DNA of 63,443 bases, the filler included, from Octopus bimaculoides (Eukaryota): assembly GCF_001194135.2 (NCBI RefSeq). It is 6 parts of 4 records of this genome, joined end to end, with 100 filler letters (N's around TTAATTAATTAA, not from the genome) between each part and the next. Parts side by side here need not be neighbours in the genome. Positions count along the whole stretch, not along the records: positions 1 to 16,509 come from NC_068991.1; positions 16,610 to 27,150 come from NC_068991.1; 4 more parts are not named here. One strand, written 5' to 3'. A program made the position numbers and the translations under genes. Under the pieces are notes generated by a model that saw only the letters and a program-made list of their open reading frames with translations, had not been told where the DNA came from and did no database searches. Position 1 is the stretch's first letter. Each line of letters starts with the position of its first letter. Below, piece by piece: positions 14,114 through 24,984 of the stretch.

Positions 14114-15000
14114 GAGAGAGAGAGAGAGAGCGACAGAGACAGGCAGATAACTAGATAGATAGATAGATAGATAGATATGCAATAGTAACAACCTAATGAA
14201 AATCTGTTTATCTCTTTTCTCTAACATATTAATAAGTTTAACAGTAGCAGATTATTTGGTTCTTTCCAACAGAAGTTACAGGGAAAAATCCTATAAAAAT
14301 CCAAATGGCAACATCGCGGTACAATTATGAAACTGAAATCTTTGTTTAACCTAACTTGAAAATGCATGTCATCGTTCTGATCCTTGTTAGTCATCATGCA
14401 CCTGATGATTGATTATAAATTGGCAGATATAAACACACATCATCAAACAATTTATTGAATTTATGAAGAAGATTCGTAAATTCTTGTTTAATTCGTCACA
14501 TCAGGCTGGCTGTGCCTGAAAAGTCATAAGAATGTCGAAAAACTGAGTATCCCAAAGTTTACGCTAATGAATCGAATATATTATGAACACGTATGAAATA
14601 AAGAGTTGTTCACCAATGGCTTTCAATTACGATTAGTGTATTTACATTCGAATTTTCTGGAAACTATTAAACCTTTGCCTTTCATTTGTATCCCACATGA
14701 AACACATCACCTATTTCCTAATCATCTATGCATTGTATATGGCACATATTCACATATTCTTCGCCCAATTTTTGTCCGAGACTTACGAAAAGAACGTTTT
14801 ATATTACTCAGAACCTATGAGACAAACGCTAACAAAAAGTCTGAAAACAGCTGTCATTGTAACCACTTGTGCCGGTCATCGTAACTGTTTGTTCATGAGA
14901 GTCGAGTCTACAACCATATTTCTAGCAATCTAATATTTCTCGGAAACATATTTCTTAAAATGCATTTATCTTCGCAACCGACTCTCTGTGATAATTCATT

Positions 15001-15445
15001 GGTTTCAAATTTGGACAAAAAACCAGCAATTTGGAGTGAGTGGGCAAAAGCATTTCATTGACCCAGTTGTTCAACTGGTACCTATTTTATCGATCAGGAA
15101 AACATGAAAGACAAAGTCCACCTCGGCGGAATTTGTAGCCAGGATGTAAAGATAGAGGAAATGCCAGTAAGCATTTTGCCCCAGGTTTTAACGATTCTGC
15201 CAGTTCACCACCCTAATCTCTGATAATATATTCCGTTCCACTATATGCACAAGGCCTGAAATTTGAGGGGAGGAGGCCAGTGAATTAGATTGACCTCAGT
15301 ACGCAACTGGTACTTACTTTATCGACTCCGGAAGGATGAAATTCAAAGTTGATCTTGGTGGAATGTGAACACAGAACCTAAAGACAAACGAAATACCGCT
15401 AAGCATTTAGTTCAGCGTGCTAACGATTCTGCCATCTCACCGCCC
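15001..15445 (-). mobile_element. Two stacked SINE family B copies (15001-15213, 15233-15445)
   Basis: Two copies with different tail variants. A 19-bp duplication lies at 15214-15232 and 15446-15464. Confidence 0.8.
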
Positions 15446-16083
15446 TAATCTCTTATAATATATTACTGTCATTTCCCTATAGATTTTACCCCTGGTATAT
15501 CATTTCTGGCAAGCTAATAATTCTCAGACTATAATATTTCTGATAATCTAAAATCTGGTAATCTGCAACTTCAGGGATTTTGCCACTCTGATTCGAAGTA
15601 AAGAAAACAAATTCTAGCAATAACAATGCCGTTTCTTTTCCACATACTTGTATAATGTACACTAGGCTATATATCCTAATCGTAACCCAAAAGATTAACA
15701 ACCAATTTTCATGACAATAAAAGTTTGATTTGGAATATATATTCGCTGCTATATCTAGCAAAATGAAAGACCATTTAGCGGTATACTCTTAGAATTGCGT
15801 CAATATTAGCTTATTACAGCGGCGAATAAATATAATCCACGTCGAGACTCCATAATATGATATACACGGCATAGTCATCGGACGATTTTATGTCATTAAA
15901 TGCATATGGAGACACAATATCTGAAAATATATGTATCATCGTTTTTGTTAAGTTTAGGACGCAGAAGAAAATATCTTAGAATCTTTTTATTCCTTTTAGA
16001 TTAAAGAGTTATTATAAATGCTTCCATTCCTGCTCTTTCTCTCGCTCTTCCCATTTCTCTCTCTATATATAAATATATATATT

Positions 16084-16212
16084 CTTTTATTCTTTTATTT
16101 GTGTCATTTGACGGCGGCCATGCTGGAGCACCGCCTTTAGTCGAACAAATCGACCCCACGACTTATTCTTTGTAAGCCTAGTACTTATTCTACCGGTCTC
16201 TTTTGCCGAACC
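16084..16212 (-). mobile_element. SINE family A 3' fragment
   Basis: gacggcggccatgctggagcaccgcctttagtcgaacaaatcgacccc..ttttgccgaaccg. Confidence 0.8.
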
Positions 16213-16446
16213 GTGGGCAATTATGGGATGAGATTTAGGGCTTATAAATCTAATATTTTCCTATCCTTCCTGGATACCGGTTCCCATACGCTATTCATAT
16301 CTACACTCGGTCTGCTTAGGAGGTTGCTGTGTCCTAGCATATGTGCTGCGTCTTTTAGTTTTCGTATTTTCCAGTAATGTTCTCTGTCTATTATTTTAAC
16401 TTCATCCCACAGGGGAAGGTGATCTCCATTTTTCCATATAAGTATC
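16213..16446 (-). mobile_element. Penelope-like GIY-YIG endonuclease C-terminal fragment
   Basis: HLPLWDEVKIIDREHYWKIRKLKDAAHM..NLLSRPSVDMNSVWEP matches the typical Penelope endonuclease tail (KI.D.E..W..RK.KEA.H). Confidence 0.7.
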
Positions 16447-16474
16447 TTCTTTATACATACATACATACATACAT

Positions 16475-16509
<35 letters not shown>

Positions 16510-16609
16510 NNNNNNNNNNNNNNNNNNNNNNNNNNNNNNNNNNNNNNNNNNNNTTAATTAATTAANNNNNNNNNNNNNNNNNNNNNNNNNNNNNNNNNNN
16601 NNNNNNNNN
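16510..16609. other. Assembly spacer N44-TTAATTAATTAA-N44 (also at 27195, 42355, 58066, 62032)
   Basis: An identical 12-mer with stops in all six frames is centred in 100-bp N blocks five times. Confidence 0.95.
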
Positions 16610-16660
16610 CAAATATACTTCACGTTGTCGTGCAGCTACTGTTTATACCTCGTTCAGGGA

Positions 16661-16666
16661 TTTATT
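16661..16666 (-). promoter_or_regulatory. Candidate polyadenylation signal (AATAAA) for the EH-like gene
   Basis: AATAAA on the minus strand about 120 nt after the stop codon. AT-rich context makes a chance occurrence plausible. Confidence 0.3.
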
Positions 16667-16783
16667 ATATATATATATATATATATATATCAGGAAAATA
16701 AAATAAGGGGTTTCACCATTAAGCAAAGAACATCATTAATATATTTTTTATGGTTCCTTTTTGCTGATATTCCCGTTTTTCAT

Positions 16784-17065
16784 TTATAGACCTTCGGGTA
16801 GGTTGAGATGGAGTGTGGGTGAATCTTGTGGTGTTCTTCGATGGTATTCTGGATTGATGCAGCCGACGTCGATGCTTTTACCAGCAGTTTCCACGCAGTT
16901 ATTCCCGCATTTATTAGAATCGAAGTGATAACCGTACATATCATAGCAAACTTGACATTCAAAGAGACAGCGGTAGTACAGAGGATTTCTCGGCAAAGGC
17001 TGCTCCCACCAGGCTCCTTCTAATCCTCGGCAGATAAGTGAGAAGACGGTTAGAAGTGCAAATAT
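16784..17065 (-). CDS. EH: Exon 2 of an eclosion hormone-like neuropeptide precursor (rest of signal peptide, 6-Cys core, C-terminal extension, stop)
   Basis: Acceptor atatatttccAG at 17067-17066 opens a phase-0 frame: IFALLTVFSLICRGLEGA WWEQPLPRNPLYYR CLFECQVCYDMYGYHFDSNKCGNNCVETAGKSIDVGC INPEYH RR TPQDSPTLHLNLPEGL*. Cys spacing x3,x2,x12,x3,x11 versus x3,x2,x12,x3,x10 in Manduca EH. M, G and F sit at +3, +5 and +8 after Cys3, and GK at +5/+6 after Cys5, as in EH. The exon is GC-richer than its flanks. Orthology is not tested. Confidence 0.88.
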   Translation of the reverse strand: MFALLTVFSLICRGLEGAWWEQPLPRNPLYYRCLFECQVCYDMYGYHFDSNKCGNNCVETAGKSIDVGCINPEYHRRTPQDSPTLHLNLPEGL

Positions 17066-17659
17066 CTGGAAATATATTTTTAAAAATATACAGATTTGTG
17101 AGAGATTCAGTATACTACAGTTCCCCCCACCTCATCCCGATCTGTTGTATGCTATATAGTAGAATAGGTATACAGTGAACGCAGGCATGGTCGTAGGGTC
17201 ATCGGTGCATCGAACTAAAATATCTTCTGGCATTATTCTGGACGAGTTGCATTCCTTTACAACGAGATCTATTTAGCATTTGATAAATAGAGATCAATAT
17301 CATTAGTACCAGACAAAGTACAGAGGTCAAGATAACCACCTAAAATAATTGAACATGATGCCACCAACATGAACGCAATTTAAAACCTGAATCTATATAC
17401 ATATAATTTCCGTCTATCCATTTTTATTCGCGTGTCTATATTCGTCAGAACTGTTACGTGTAGTGGGAAGAGAAACTCCAAATGCCAACTGTGTGAATCA
17501 TCAGCTTCAAACGTATAATAGATAAACATTACTACATGTACAAAGCACATGTTCTTATATTTGTAGGACCAAATATACATATGTTTTTAATATGTTTTTA
17601 ACGTTTACTCAGACCTGTCAATATATATATATATATATATATATANNNNNNNNNNNNNN

Positions 17660-17697
<38 letters not shown>

Positions 17698-17710
17698 CAT
17701 TATATCTTTC

Positions 17711-17915
17711 ATGTCAAAAAGAATGGGTCAAAAGACTCCATACTGTTGCACCTGCTCCTTCTGCTAACCAGCACAGCTGTGCATTATGCAATACAATATG
17801 CAAATCTTTGGCCACACTCAAGAGTGATACAAGGGCCTCACATTGCATCATCAATGACTCATTTCAATGATTCTTTCTAGCAATGGCTTTGCTCGTATGC
17901 GAGAAAGCAGCTGCT
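17711..17915 (+). mobile_element. RTE-type LINE 3' end fragment in the EH-like intron
   Basis: HSCALCNTICKSLATLKSDTRASH resembles the terminal CxxC..C.S..GL.SH.R.H zinc finger of RTE LINEs, followed by a short UTR. Confidence 0.5.
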
Positions 17916-18282
17916 ACATATCTATCTATATATCTATATCTATATATATATATATATATATAGACAAGGGCAAAAGAAAAAAGATTTCTATGGCATAGAA
18001 ATCTTTTTTCTTTTGCCCTTCTTTATAATTGTTTATAATTTTCACCTTTAAAGGTATTTTGATATTCTGGCCACTTTGATGAAATTTTTTGTGGAAAAAA
18101 TGTTGTCCTGTATTAGAAGTAAATATATACATATATGTGTATGCGTGTGTGTATGTATGTATGTACGTATGTATGTATGTATGTATGTATGTATGTATGA
18201 TTGACTTAAACTTTATTCAAAACCCACTGAAACAATTTCAATTAGCCACTTGTTAGATGTTAGTAATATTTCTTATTCAATA

Positions 18283-18498
18283 TAAAGCTGCGAGCTGGCA
18301 AAATCGTTAGCACGCCAGGCAAAATGCTTGACAGCATTTCATCCGTCTTGACGTTGTAAGTTCGAATTCCATCAAGATCGACTTTACTTTGATCTTTTCG
18401 GAGCCGATATTATAGGCACCAGTTGAGCACTGGGGTCAATGTAATCAACTTACCTCCTCCCTTGAAGTTGTTGGCCTTGCGCCAAAATTTGAACCAAT
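18283..18498 (+). mobile_element. SINE family B copy in the EH-like intron (antisense to the gene)
   Basis: gcgagctggcaaaatcgttagcacgccaggcaaaatgc..caccagttgagcactggggtcaatgtaatc..aaaatttgaacca. Confidence 0.8.
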
Positions 18499-18876
18499 AC
18501 TTATTATTCGATTTTTTTTCTATGTATTAAGCATATTCTAATCCATTCATTTAAGATATTAATATAGTGACATTTTTGCTTTTAAAAATTTACGCAGTAA
18601 TATGTTTACAAAAATTTATATGGCTTTTGAATTTTTATAATCATCTATTTCTGTTGATGACGTTCTCTCACAAGAGGAAGTTCTCAAATTTTACTTAAAT
18701 TTTCGCTACAAAGAAACGAAAACTTTATCTGAAAGTATCAAATCGCCACAATGAGACCATGGAGATATGGCAAGACGGAAACATTCACCCTAAATACGAA
18801 GCAGATGTTCGAAAACATCCTTTTGCTGTATAAAGAATGGTTTACGATACATATTGTTTGTAAGATAAAAAGTTTC

Positions 18877-18936
18877 TATCGTAAACGTAGGACGAACTTG
18901 AAAAATGAAAAACAAGTTCGTCCTACCTTTACGATA
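18877..18936. ncRNA. 60-nt hairpin in the EH-like intron (pre-miRNA-sized; function unproven)
   Basis: tatcgtaaacgtaggacgaacttg / aaaaatgaaaaa / caagttcgtcctacctttacgata: 24-bp arms with one mismatch and a 12-nt loop. Confidence 0.3.
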
Positions 18937-19885
18937 ATCTAAGATCTCTTCATTATTATTCACAGAGATGTAATTTTATTCACAAAAATTAAGTATACAA
19001 ATGTATTGGTAGATCAACTCAAACTAGATTGTAAAGGAAAGATTGGGTCGCGTTTATAAAAAATTGAAAAGAATGAGATGAAAAATCTAAAAAGCTTACA
19101 GGACGAAGAAAAATATTGTAAAAGAGTAATGAATCAGAAATATATTAGATAACCATAGCAATTATTCATCACTTACACCATTTAATGACGAAGAAATTAC
19201 CTGTGAATTTCGACCAAAGCTACAAACAAGTGTATCTAGGGGAAGTTAAAGGTAAAACCCTAACTAGTGTAGATGTTGTTTGTAGCAGCTTTAAGCTGAA
19301 ATCAAGTGAGTGACAAAATGGTAACGTTTTATGTCGATTCCATTTGCTCAAATACAATGGGATGCTACTGATTTGTGTCTTAGTCCACGTGAAATTCGGG
19401 TTAGTATTATTAAATATAGAAAAGATTGCGCTTTAGAAATAAAACAAATTCACTTTATCCAAGCAAATAATCTTGCGAGGTGGGAAAATGGATGCGGGAT
19501 TTAATTGAAAGAAAAAATATTGATTGATTGCCAGTTGTTTTCGGAAGTATTTGTGGTAAACTTCTCGCTATTTCAAAGCTTTTGAATTCAAAAACAAAAG
19601 AAATCGCTGAAGTTATCATGATGTTGTCGCTAAAACCGCATACAATCTTATTCGTAAATAAGGCTGGAATAAATATAATCTCCCTATTATTGAATTCACA
19701 GAAATAGCAACACAAAAAATATTAGTGGAACATTCCTTCGAAACTTTTACTAAGTGTAAGCAAAGCAGGCCCGATATATGTACCGCCATAGAAGTTAGCT
19801 ACCCTACCGATGTGAATATATCTTCAAAAATCAAAGAGAAAGAGAATTACAACAGATAAGAAGAAACCTCCATCTTCTACATATA

Positions 19886-20711
19886 CAGGGTGGGTGGAAA
19901 GTCACTAAGCATTAGAAATCACTTATAGAATTTTTAGTGTCACTGAAGTCATGAGGAAAACATTTTTTAAACAGACAACTCTAATGGAGATTTCTTATTT
20001 TCGTATAGTCTTATTTCGTATAGTAACATGCTATGAAGTGTGGAATTCCATTGTTTTGGTTCATAGATGATGGTGTGCATGGAAAGGTAAGCATGCAACA
20101 CTACGTCCGGAGACAATAAAAAGTTGTCACGCAAAGCTGATGACCACGGGTTCTGTGAACGATGCAAGAAGTGGCCGTCCAACCACATCTCGATCAACGG
20201 AGAACGTGGCAACCGTGCAGGAAATGTTAAATCGCAGTCCGCAAAAGTTAACATCTCAAGCAGCTCGTGAAAGTGGTCTAACAAGACACACAATACGTAC
20301 GGTTCTGCATAAAGAATTGAATTTTCGTCCGTGGAAACCCTATTACGTGCAGGAGCTAAAACCTGAAGACTGTGACTGCAGTAGTCTAGAAGTCCAAAAT
20401 TCCAAGAAGTCCAGATCTCACTCCATGTGGGGTTACACAAAAGAAGAGGTGTACAAGACAAAACCTCGCACACTGGAGGACTTGGAGACAGATTCAAGAG
20501 GTTCGCAATGATATCCCAGACGACGTCCTTCAGAAGGTTGTTCATTCCATATCTGGCCGTTAGAGGAAACTGGTTGACGCCACCGGTGCTACGAAGATTT
20601 ACTTTCATTTTCCCATGTAATAAACATGTATCATTTGTTCAAATAAATTTGTAAAAGGAATATGGATTTTATTACCAACTTTTAATGCCTACTTACTTTT
20701 CACCCACCCTG
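19886..20711 (+). mobile_element. Internally deleted Tc1/mariner-superfamily transposon inside the EH-like intron
   Basis: TA flanks on both sides and imperfect TIRs (CAGGGTGGGTGGAAAGT / CAGGGTGGGTGAAAAGT). It retains an HTH-type N-terminus (ARSGRPTTSRSTEN..LHKELNFRPWKP) fused to the C-terminus (WGYTKEEVYKTKPRTLEDL); the catalytic core is missing. Confidence 0.85.
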
Positions 20712-21049
20712 TAGATTATAAATCCACAGTAATAATAACAATCTGGGTAAGCTAGTATTTTCAGAATAGAAAGTCAACCAGCCAATTTGCACATTACAAA
20801 TACAATCTGTAAGTGGAATAGTAAAAATATGCAGGATTCTTCTCAAGTCTAAAATGTGAATTTGTTTTTATGATCTATATTCTAACGACAGAGCTTTGTA
20901 TTTTTGTTAGAAACCAGCTCCTTCCTGAGAGACAAAGTTCAATTAATTAAAAGCGAAGGGAATATGTATACATACATATATACGTACGAACATACATACA
21001 TACATACATACATACATACATACATGCATGCATACATACATACATACAT

Positions 21050-21212
21050 AGGCATAGACAAGGCGTACTGAGCAAGTTCGTTTCTCAGTCAAATGGTTCT
21101 GGTTCAGTACCTTTGCGCGGCATTTTGAGCAAGTGTCTTCTGCCATAACCTCGGGTTGCCCAATGGCTTGTAAATAACATTCGAATACGGGAAACATAAC
21201 CGGAGGCCTGTC
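21050..21212 (+). mobile_element. SINE family A 5' fragment in the EH-like intron
   Basis: ggttcagtacctttgcgcggcattttgagcaagtgtcttctgccataacctcggg. Confidence 0.65.
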
Positions 21213-21663
21213 GGTTATTAGCGCTTATACAAACTTTTACACACACACACACTCACACACACACACACACGCACATACACTCACGTATATGATAGTCTAG
21301 GGCATCAGACAAATATATATATATACAGTAGCTCGTGTTATTGGCTAGCAATCTCGTTGACGATGCTTTCTTTTTTGAAATCTCAGATAAATGATAGAGA
21401 AAATACTTTTGTGTATATAATCGACTAAAAGAACAGAAAGTAATACCCCAGCAGTACAATGGAATATTATCAAAAATTTCTATGTATGTATAAGTGCGTT
21501 TGTGTGTATGAATATGTATGGGTATGTGTGAGTGTGCGCGCGCGTATGTGTATGTGTGTATGCGCGCGCGCTGTGTCCTTTTGAAATCAAAACTTCTTCC
21601 TAAAAATGTAACAAGAACTACAATAGTATGAAATTTTTAAATAAATGCGGAAATATTTCTTAC

Positions 21664-21672
21664 CTTTTTCAT
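21664..21672 (-). CDS. EH: Coding part of exon 1 (Met-Lys-Lys) of the EH-like precursor
   Basis: Minus strand reads ctccaatcATGAAAAAG|GTAAGA: A at -3, a near-consensus donor, phase 0 matching the exon 2 acceptor. Joining gives MKKIFALLTVFSLICRGLEGA, a classical signal peptide. Inferred intron 17066-21663. No in-frame ATG exists in the genomic sequence just upstream of exon 2. Confidence 0.68.
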
Positions 21673-22145
21673 GATTGGAGAATAATTTAGGAAAATTAGG
21701 TAAGCAAATGGAGAAATGCTTTCGATGGAATTGGTGAATTCTCTATTTTAGAGATTTTACAAATATAATGAATTCTAGTGCCGAATATAATATATATAGA
21801 TAGCGAATCACTTACTCCATTTATTCGTATATATATATATATGTATATATATATATNNNNNNNNNNNNNNNNNNNNNNNNNNNNNNNNNNNNNNNNNNNN
21901 NNNNNNNNNNNNNNNNNNNNNNNNNNNNNNNNNNNNNNNNNNNNNNNNNNNNNNNNNNNNNNNNNNNNNNNNNNNNNNNNNNNNNNNNNNNNNNNATATT
22001 TGTATATATGTGTGTATGTATGTATGTATGTATGTATGTATGTATGTATATGTATGTATATGTATGTATGTATGTATGTATGTATATATGTATGTATGTA
22101 TAAATTATACATATTTATATATATACATATATATATGTATGAATG

Positions 22146-22228
<83 letters not shown>

Positions 22229-22799
22229 GTATGTATGTAAAATTAATGTCCATGCATAGATTTTTTATTATGTTTCTGTGTAGTATAAAGACGTGGGTGA
22301 AGTATTCATTAAAAGACAAATCTGCGTAGGCTTATAATTTTATAATCTCGAATATCGTTAGTCAGTGATATTGCAATTCTATGAATAATCTACTAAGATG
22401 TTTTTTAAGTTGTTTACCCCGAATGTCAACTGTGGGGCAGCAATTAAAGCTATTTTAGCTGTGAAATTCCCAACATTTATTCGTACATGGTCTTTTAAGA
22501 TTATATTTTTTTTATACATACTATAATCGTTGTGTTTCTTTCGCTCTTGATGAACCCAAATCCTGTAAGCATATGTTCATTGGCGTTCCAACCATAACCA
22601 TCACGTTTCTATGTATCACGTCCACTACGTTTTCCATTCTGCCCCTTCTTTTTAATAACGAAAGTGTGTCTTGGAGACTTTTGCTGCTGTTTCTAGCAAG
22701 CTCAATTAGGTCGAGCAAGCCTTATAAAGATCCCTCTTTGGATCGTCTACAGTGCAGTGTAGTACTTAATATTAGTAGTAATGTTTTTCTTTTTATTTG

Positions 22800-23270
22800 T
22801 TGTTTAGTCCCATATCAGCCTTCACTGAGCAGATCTGTGAAAGAATTCTAGCTGTGCACTCCTATCTTTTTTTTATTACATAAGTAGTATAATCTAATAT
22901 GTTATCTAATAGATCATTCCTTATTATTTAGTCCCAAGTCAGCCATGATCCAGGTTATCTATGGTCAAATGTTCTACTACTTTAACTATCATGTCTGTTA
23001 TTCAGACATAGTGTATCTAAGGTTACTACATTATTTTGTCCTAAGTCGGCATTAATCCAGAAGATTAAAGTTCTTGTTAGCTGTGACGAACCTGCCTTTT
23101 ATTCTGAGACAGTGTATCAAGTGTTACATTAGGGATTATAGTTATTTATCCCATATCAGACTTGATTGTATAAACTTCTATCAAAACTGTTCCAGCCGTG
23201 ACTATTTCATATTTCAGCTGTTATAGGATATACTTATGATAAAAGGTAATCCAACCGTGACTGTCGCAAG
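22800..23270. repeat. Degenerate tandem array, about 110-125 bp units, 4-5 copies
   Basis: Recurring tt(t)agtccca(t/a)atcagcc starts near 22803, 22927, 23035 and 23146, and (cc)agc(c/t)gtgac-like ends. Confidence 0.5.
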
Positions 23271-23507
23271 TTTTTGTATACCAGGTTTTATACTGTCCGC
23301 TGTATTCTCCTTTAAGTCTTGCTTTATTTATTTCTAGCAAGCCGAGCAACCAAATTACTAAGTTTTCATTTCACATTTATGTAAAGTACGTGTGCGCGTT
23401 TGTATACATGCAAACATACATACAAAATACATACAAACATATGTGTGTGTGTATGTGTATGTGTGTGAGTGTGTGTGTGTATGTGAGTGTGTGTATGTGT
23501 AGACTTG

Positions 23508-23551
<44 letters not shown>

Positions 23552-24925
23552 ATACTTCTAATGTTAGCCTTAAATGTTATGAAGGGAATTCACTGAAGCT
23601 TCACCAGTTCTTTACTCTAACTCTAGAGGGGAGACAGCTTATCTGGAGACTAAACCCATCCTTTTTGGGATTTCCTTCCACATCCCATACATAACCAAAA
23701 CTCATAACCCAAATCCCTCAAGTCGCTCGCTTGTAGTTGCGCTTCGGTAGTTCAAAGAAAGAAAAGTACGTCCTAAATGCTTGAAGAACGCTTGCAAAAT
23801 GGACGACTTTTACTCACCACCAAAATTCCTTCTAGACATATTTCAAAACGCAAATTATACTTCCGTGCATCGCACAACTTTCAAGATTTCTCACATCCCA
23901 AATCGCTGCCGATCCTTTTCAGCCCAATACCGAAATGATCTCAACTAGCTTAGTGTAATTCTTCTTTTCCTCATTTGTCGACTGTGATAATTTTGTAAGC
24001 GGTGTTACGACAGGAAAGACTTTGACACGTTCTGCCCTTTTCTAGCCAACTTTACACCACACACACACCAGGTAAAATTCTTCCAAAGTTTTCTCCGCTC
24101 CAACTAGGCTATTGCTTTAGACCAACGAGACCATTGGCTTTGAAAGTTTCTTTTCCAGTACTCTGAAAGAATGCATTCTAAGTTAGGATCTACCTATCCT
24201 AACCAAACTCTTCAATCTTTCTCTTTATATATAAGGACATATCTCAATTTCCGGAAATGCACCACAGTGAAACCCACTACCACAAAGGAAAACTTAAATC
24301 ACGGCAACTGTCTGCTGGTCGTTCTTACAAAGATAAAGGAGATAGTCATTAGCAACTATATTCTCAATATCTTGAATACCTTTTTCTCCCTAGTGACCAC
24401 CAGTACAGCTTAAGTAATAACAAATTTAGTGGAAACCGACACTTGATTTTGAGAGATTTGCTGAAAACACGTAAAATAGCGCTTGACTGTGTCAGGCAGT
24501 CAACATCCTAGCTAAGCCACCCGCCTATTGGCTGCTTGTGTTAATTGTCTCTTACAATGGAGGCTTCTAATCAAATTTCACCAGCACGGCGTGTGTTGAG
24601 GAGGTTCTCCCTCTCTTTTTTCTCTCTCACCCTCTCTAACATATATTGCATTGATTATAGTGTGTCCAGAGTTTGGTTTTTGCCCTCCACACTATTCGTC
24701 TTATATACAACTTACTATCATCCTACAACGCATACTTCTATTCATACGATATCATCGGATTTTTCCCTAATCTTCTGCACCCAAGATTCTTCAATATACA
24801 ACTTGGACATTTCACACTAAACCTGTATTTCCTCCATCAAGTCCTCGAAACATTCTCCAGTAGGATTATGACAATCATACCTCCTTCAACAACACAAAGA
24901 CAATTATCACACAAACACACAAACA

Positions 24926-24984
<59 letters not shown>

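Noticed and set aside
16554-16565. Identical TTAATTAATTAA islands inside N runs (five times), superficially a regularly repeated element
   Set aside because: Six-frame-stop assembly linker centred in 100-bp spacers; not biological.
19185-19202. Alternative first exon ATG GT|GTAAGT for the EH-like gene
   Set aside because: Phase 2, incompatible with the strong phase-0 acceptor at 17066; it would need a weak upstream acceptor.
22521-22718. 65-aa minus-strand ORF with a KRR site upstream of the EH-like exon 1
   Set aside because: In-frame stop immediately upstream, no convincing splice sites and no family resemblance.
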